DNA of 63,064 bases, counting the filler, from Asterionella formosa (taxonomy: Eukaryota), in assembly GCA_002256025.1 (NCBI GenBank). It is 13 parts of 13 records of this genome, joined end to end, with 100 filler letters (N's around TTAATTAATTAA, not from the genome) between each part and the next. Parts side by side here need not be neighbours in the genome. Positions count along the whole stretch, not along the records: positions 58,320 to 63,064 come from NKIB01013387.1; 12 more parts are not named here. One strand, given 5' to 3'. The translations under genes and the position numbers were made by a program. Under the pieces are notes generated by a model. The model saw only the letters and a program-made list of their open reading frames with translations, had not been told where the DNA came from and did no database searches. The number at the start of each line of letters is the position of its first letter. The stretch's first letter is position 1. This document shows, piece by piece, positions 60,408 through 63,064 of the stretch.

Positions 60408-63064
60408 CCTGGTACCCCCAGCACCAGTGTAGCTATTTGCTCGACTCCCAGTATGTAAATGCAAATGTATGATTGTGCTGGCTGAGTCACGCCACTGTGG
60501 GAGGGCTCTAAAAAGTATTCCAAACTAATGGTGTGGTATGTGATTTTTGACTGGCATAGAAGGAGATACCAGGTAGAGTAGTAGCAACATGCAAACATGA
60601 AAGACTTCCCTATCATTGAAAAAGATTTCCCTGGTAGTTGCATGCAATCAGTAATAACATCTGATGAAGCTACTGGTTCAGCATGATGCATTGTAGATAT
60701 GGATCAAATGTAGTGGGTATGACCGTCCAAGACCAGGAGAATCCAGACAATCTGGAGAAGGTAAGTAAAATCAATTCAACCAGCCAATCATATTACAAAT
60801 GATGAAAATGCCACTTAATATTTTTGAGTTTTTCGGACAGCAAATTATTCAGGGAAATATTTGAAAACAAGATTTACTATGCTGATGATGTATCTGTAAT
60901 CTGTACATGCACATTCCAATCCTAGTATTTTGGCGACGATGGCTACAAAACCCGATCAGGTCAATAATTGGATACTCCACTCATGCCTTGCATCTGGATA
61001 AAATGATTTCTTGGTTTTCAGGATTCTACACATTATCACTCAATGAGAAATTAAACATCTATATTTCAGTTTTCATAGAAGATATGATTGATGAGTGTAA
61101 AAAAAGAACTAAGAAATCACTCGGGAAAAAATATTTTGATTTTCAATTCTTGGTTTGGAATATTAAGGTAAGAATCAAGACTGATTTTCAACTCTTCATC
61201 AATATTAACCTTGATCCCATCAACGCAGTTCACTGAGCTAAAATTGTGAGCAATCAGCAAGTTTTATAGGGGCTCGCCCTGCATCAGCCATCATATCTGC
61301 TGGTAGGAGGTAATTCACAGGAAAGATTTGCTGTTTGCTTCAGAAGGAGTCTTAGCCAATTTGTAGTGGCAAAAGGTTTCGCATGATTCAGGCCCGCCCC
61401 AGGATGGATGCACAGTACTTTGCAAAGGATTATCATGATTTTTATGATGCAAATGGCTACTGCGTCGAACAAGGATCACAGCAAGCGCCACATCGTGGCC
61501 TTCAATCTGCTGCCGCTACTAGATGTAATCACTCAGTAGAAGCCTGGAACAAGGAAACCAGTGACACATTTTGCTACGTAAATGTACCGGTGCCAATGCC
61601 AGAGACTGAAACTAGGGAGCAACAATGATCAAATCGGAACATATTTGCTAATTTGCCATAATTATCGCAATCAATTATGCAAAGCGAACAGCGATCGATA
61701 TGGGAGAATTTGACCATTCACGAACTCTTATCATTCAAGGCTAAAATGGAGATATCCAACACATCACCGCCGCCTCTGTGAATCATTTTGTGAAAGTCCA
61801 ACCAGGAATCAGCACTACTGGTGGAAATTTTAATAGTGTCATTACTTTAAACCGACAACAATCAGGTATGACAAAATGTATTAGTAACCATTCCAGGAAA
61901 TGATTTAGTGGCTGGTTTATGAGGTTCGATTCCTGCAATTTTTTGAGAAGCAATTGTTGTGTTTGGTCTAACACTTTCCTTGATATTGTCGCCATGATCT
62001 TGCTTGATTATACAAGAAGTGCATCTTATTCATTCTTTGTCAATAAGTGTCATATGTCTTGGTTTATAATCACTAAAAGTATTGATCCTTGACTTGTTGG
62101 ATTTCCTATATTTAATCAATGTGGTGCCTGAAGTGGTCAGTGCTGATGAAGATTCTACAATGGTCCCTTATTTTGCCAAGCTAGTTGTTCTATCAAAAGA
62201 AAGCAGTGATACACAGGTGCACCTTCATGGAAGTGGGTTTCGATAGCTTGAAATTGTCTGGGATGATGGGGTCTATCTGAATACATGAGTCCATGGGAAG
62301 GAAGCCTCTGGGATCGAATATACGAAGTTCCCGAACCACCTAAACTCAGCCATCATGAGAAGCGACTTATTTTCACAGGCTTGGAAAAGGCTGAGCACTC
62401 CCTGACCGTCAAGCAGAAGTATCTATCACTATATCTTTGGTAGTCAGTACGTCTGCAAATAGAAAACATCTAATTCGTGTGATGCATCTTATAATGGCGA
62501 TCATATGATCATATTAATTCGATTTATCATCTAATGTGAATAATATTTATCGTTTTGTAGAATATTGTATGTCTATATATATATTGATACATGAATTTTT
62601 GTATGTATATGAGTAGGACAGTCGTACATGGGTATGTGTACATATCTGCTTTAGCAATCTATTGTTTAGAAGACATGATAGATATATTCATATATGAATA
62701 TGCATGTTCGAGTGTACTTGTGTGTGAGCACTGGTACCAGGTACCAGGTACTACAGTCTATTGTATCATCTATTGTACTACCTGGTACCTGGTACCCTGG
62801 TACTGGTAGTACCAATATGTCGCACAGATATTTTTGTATGTAAACGTATGTACACGATTGATTTGAATTTTAATCATGCCCATCCTCGGGATACCTACCG
62901 GTATATATGTGTTAAATTGTCTTGTTGAAATATCACTGATCTTACTTTTAAGATCTCTAAAGCTGAAAACGTATTTTCACTTTACACTTTGTAATATTGT
63001 GAGCTTTCTGTTAATAGTCTATCTAGGTCTTGTTCTTGCCTGATTACTCATGTAATCCCGAACA

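Noticed and set aside
61905..61944. Fourth SINE copy or Pol III gene (GGTTCGATTCCTGC followed by a T run)
   Set aside because: Only a 14-bp match; no SINE body or TSD is seen.

Overview
Eukaryotic nuclear DNA, most likely a diatom or related ochrophyte. Evidence: short GT-AG introns, an ASAFAP-type plastid presequence (SLA-FAP), and diatom-type LTR elements. The window is not one locus. It is 13 unlinked contigs of about 4.75 kb, roughly size-sorted, joined by artificial 100-nt N-TTAATTAATTAA-N spacers, so adjacency across spacers means nothing. Host genes: exportin-1, a sulfotransferase-like protein, a His/Arg-repeat orphan, TEX264-like, a TPR protein, organellar release factor 1, CtpA-like protease, PUS7, an At5g03900-like plastid protein, TBCB and an SV2-like MFS transporter. 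The rest is mostly mobile DNA. Highlights: (1) a three-gene PIF/Harbinger element carrying a reconstructable 2OG-Fe(II) dioxygenase-like cargo gene; (2) a ~224-bp tRNA-derived SINE family with two perfect 18-bp TSDs, empty-site evidence and a hammerhead-like core; (3) a Gypsy LTR family whose insertions all sit at CCWGG inside a pervasive TACCWGGTA palindrome; (4) a Gypsy-gag/Copia-pol junction, plus DIRS/Ngaro, pogo-like and ITm transposon relics. All family assignments come from motif recognition by eye, not database searches.
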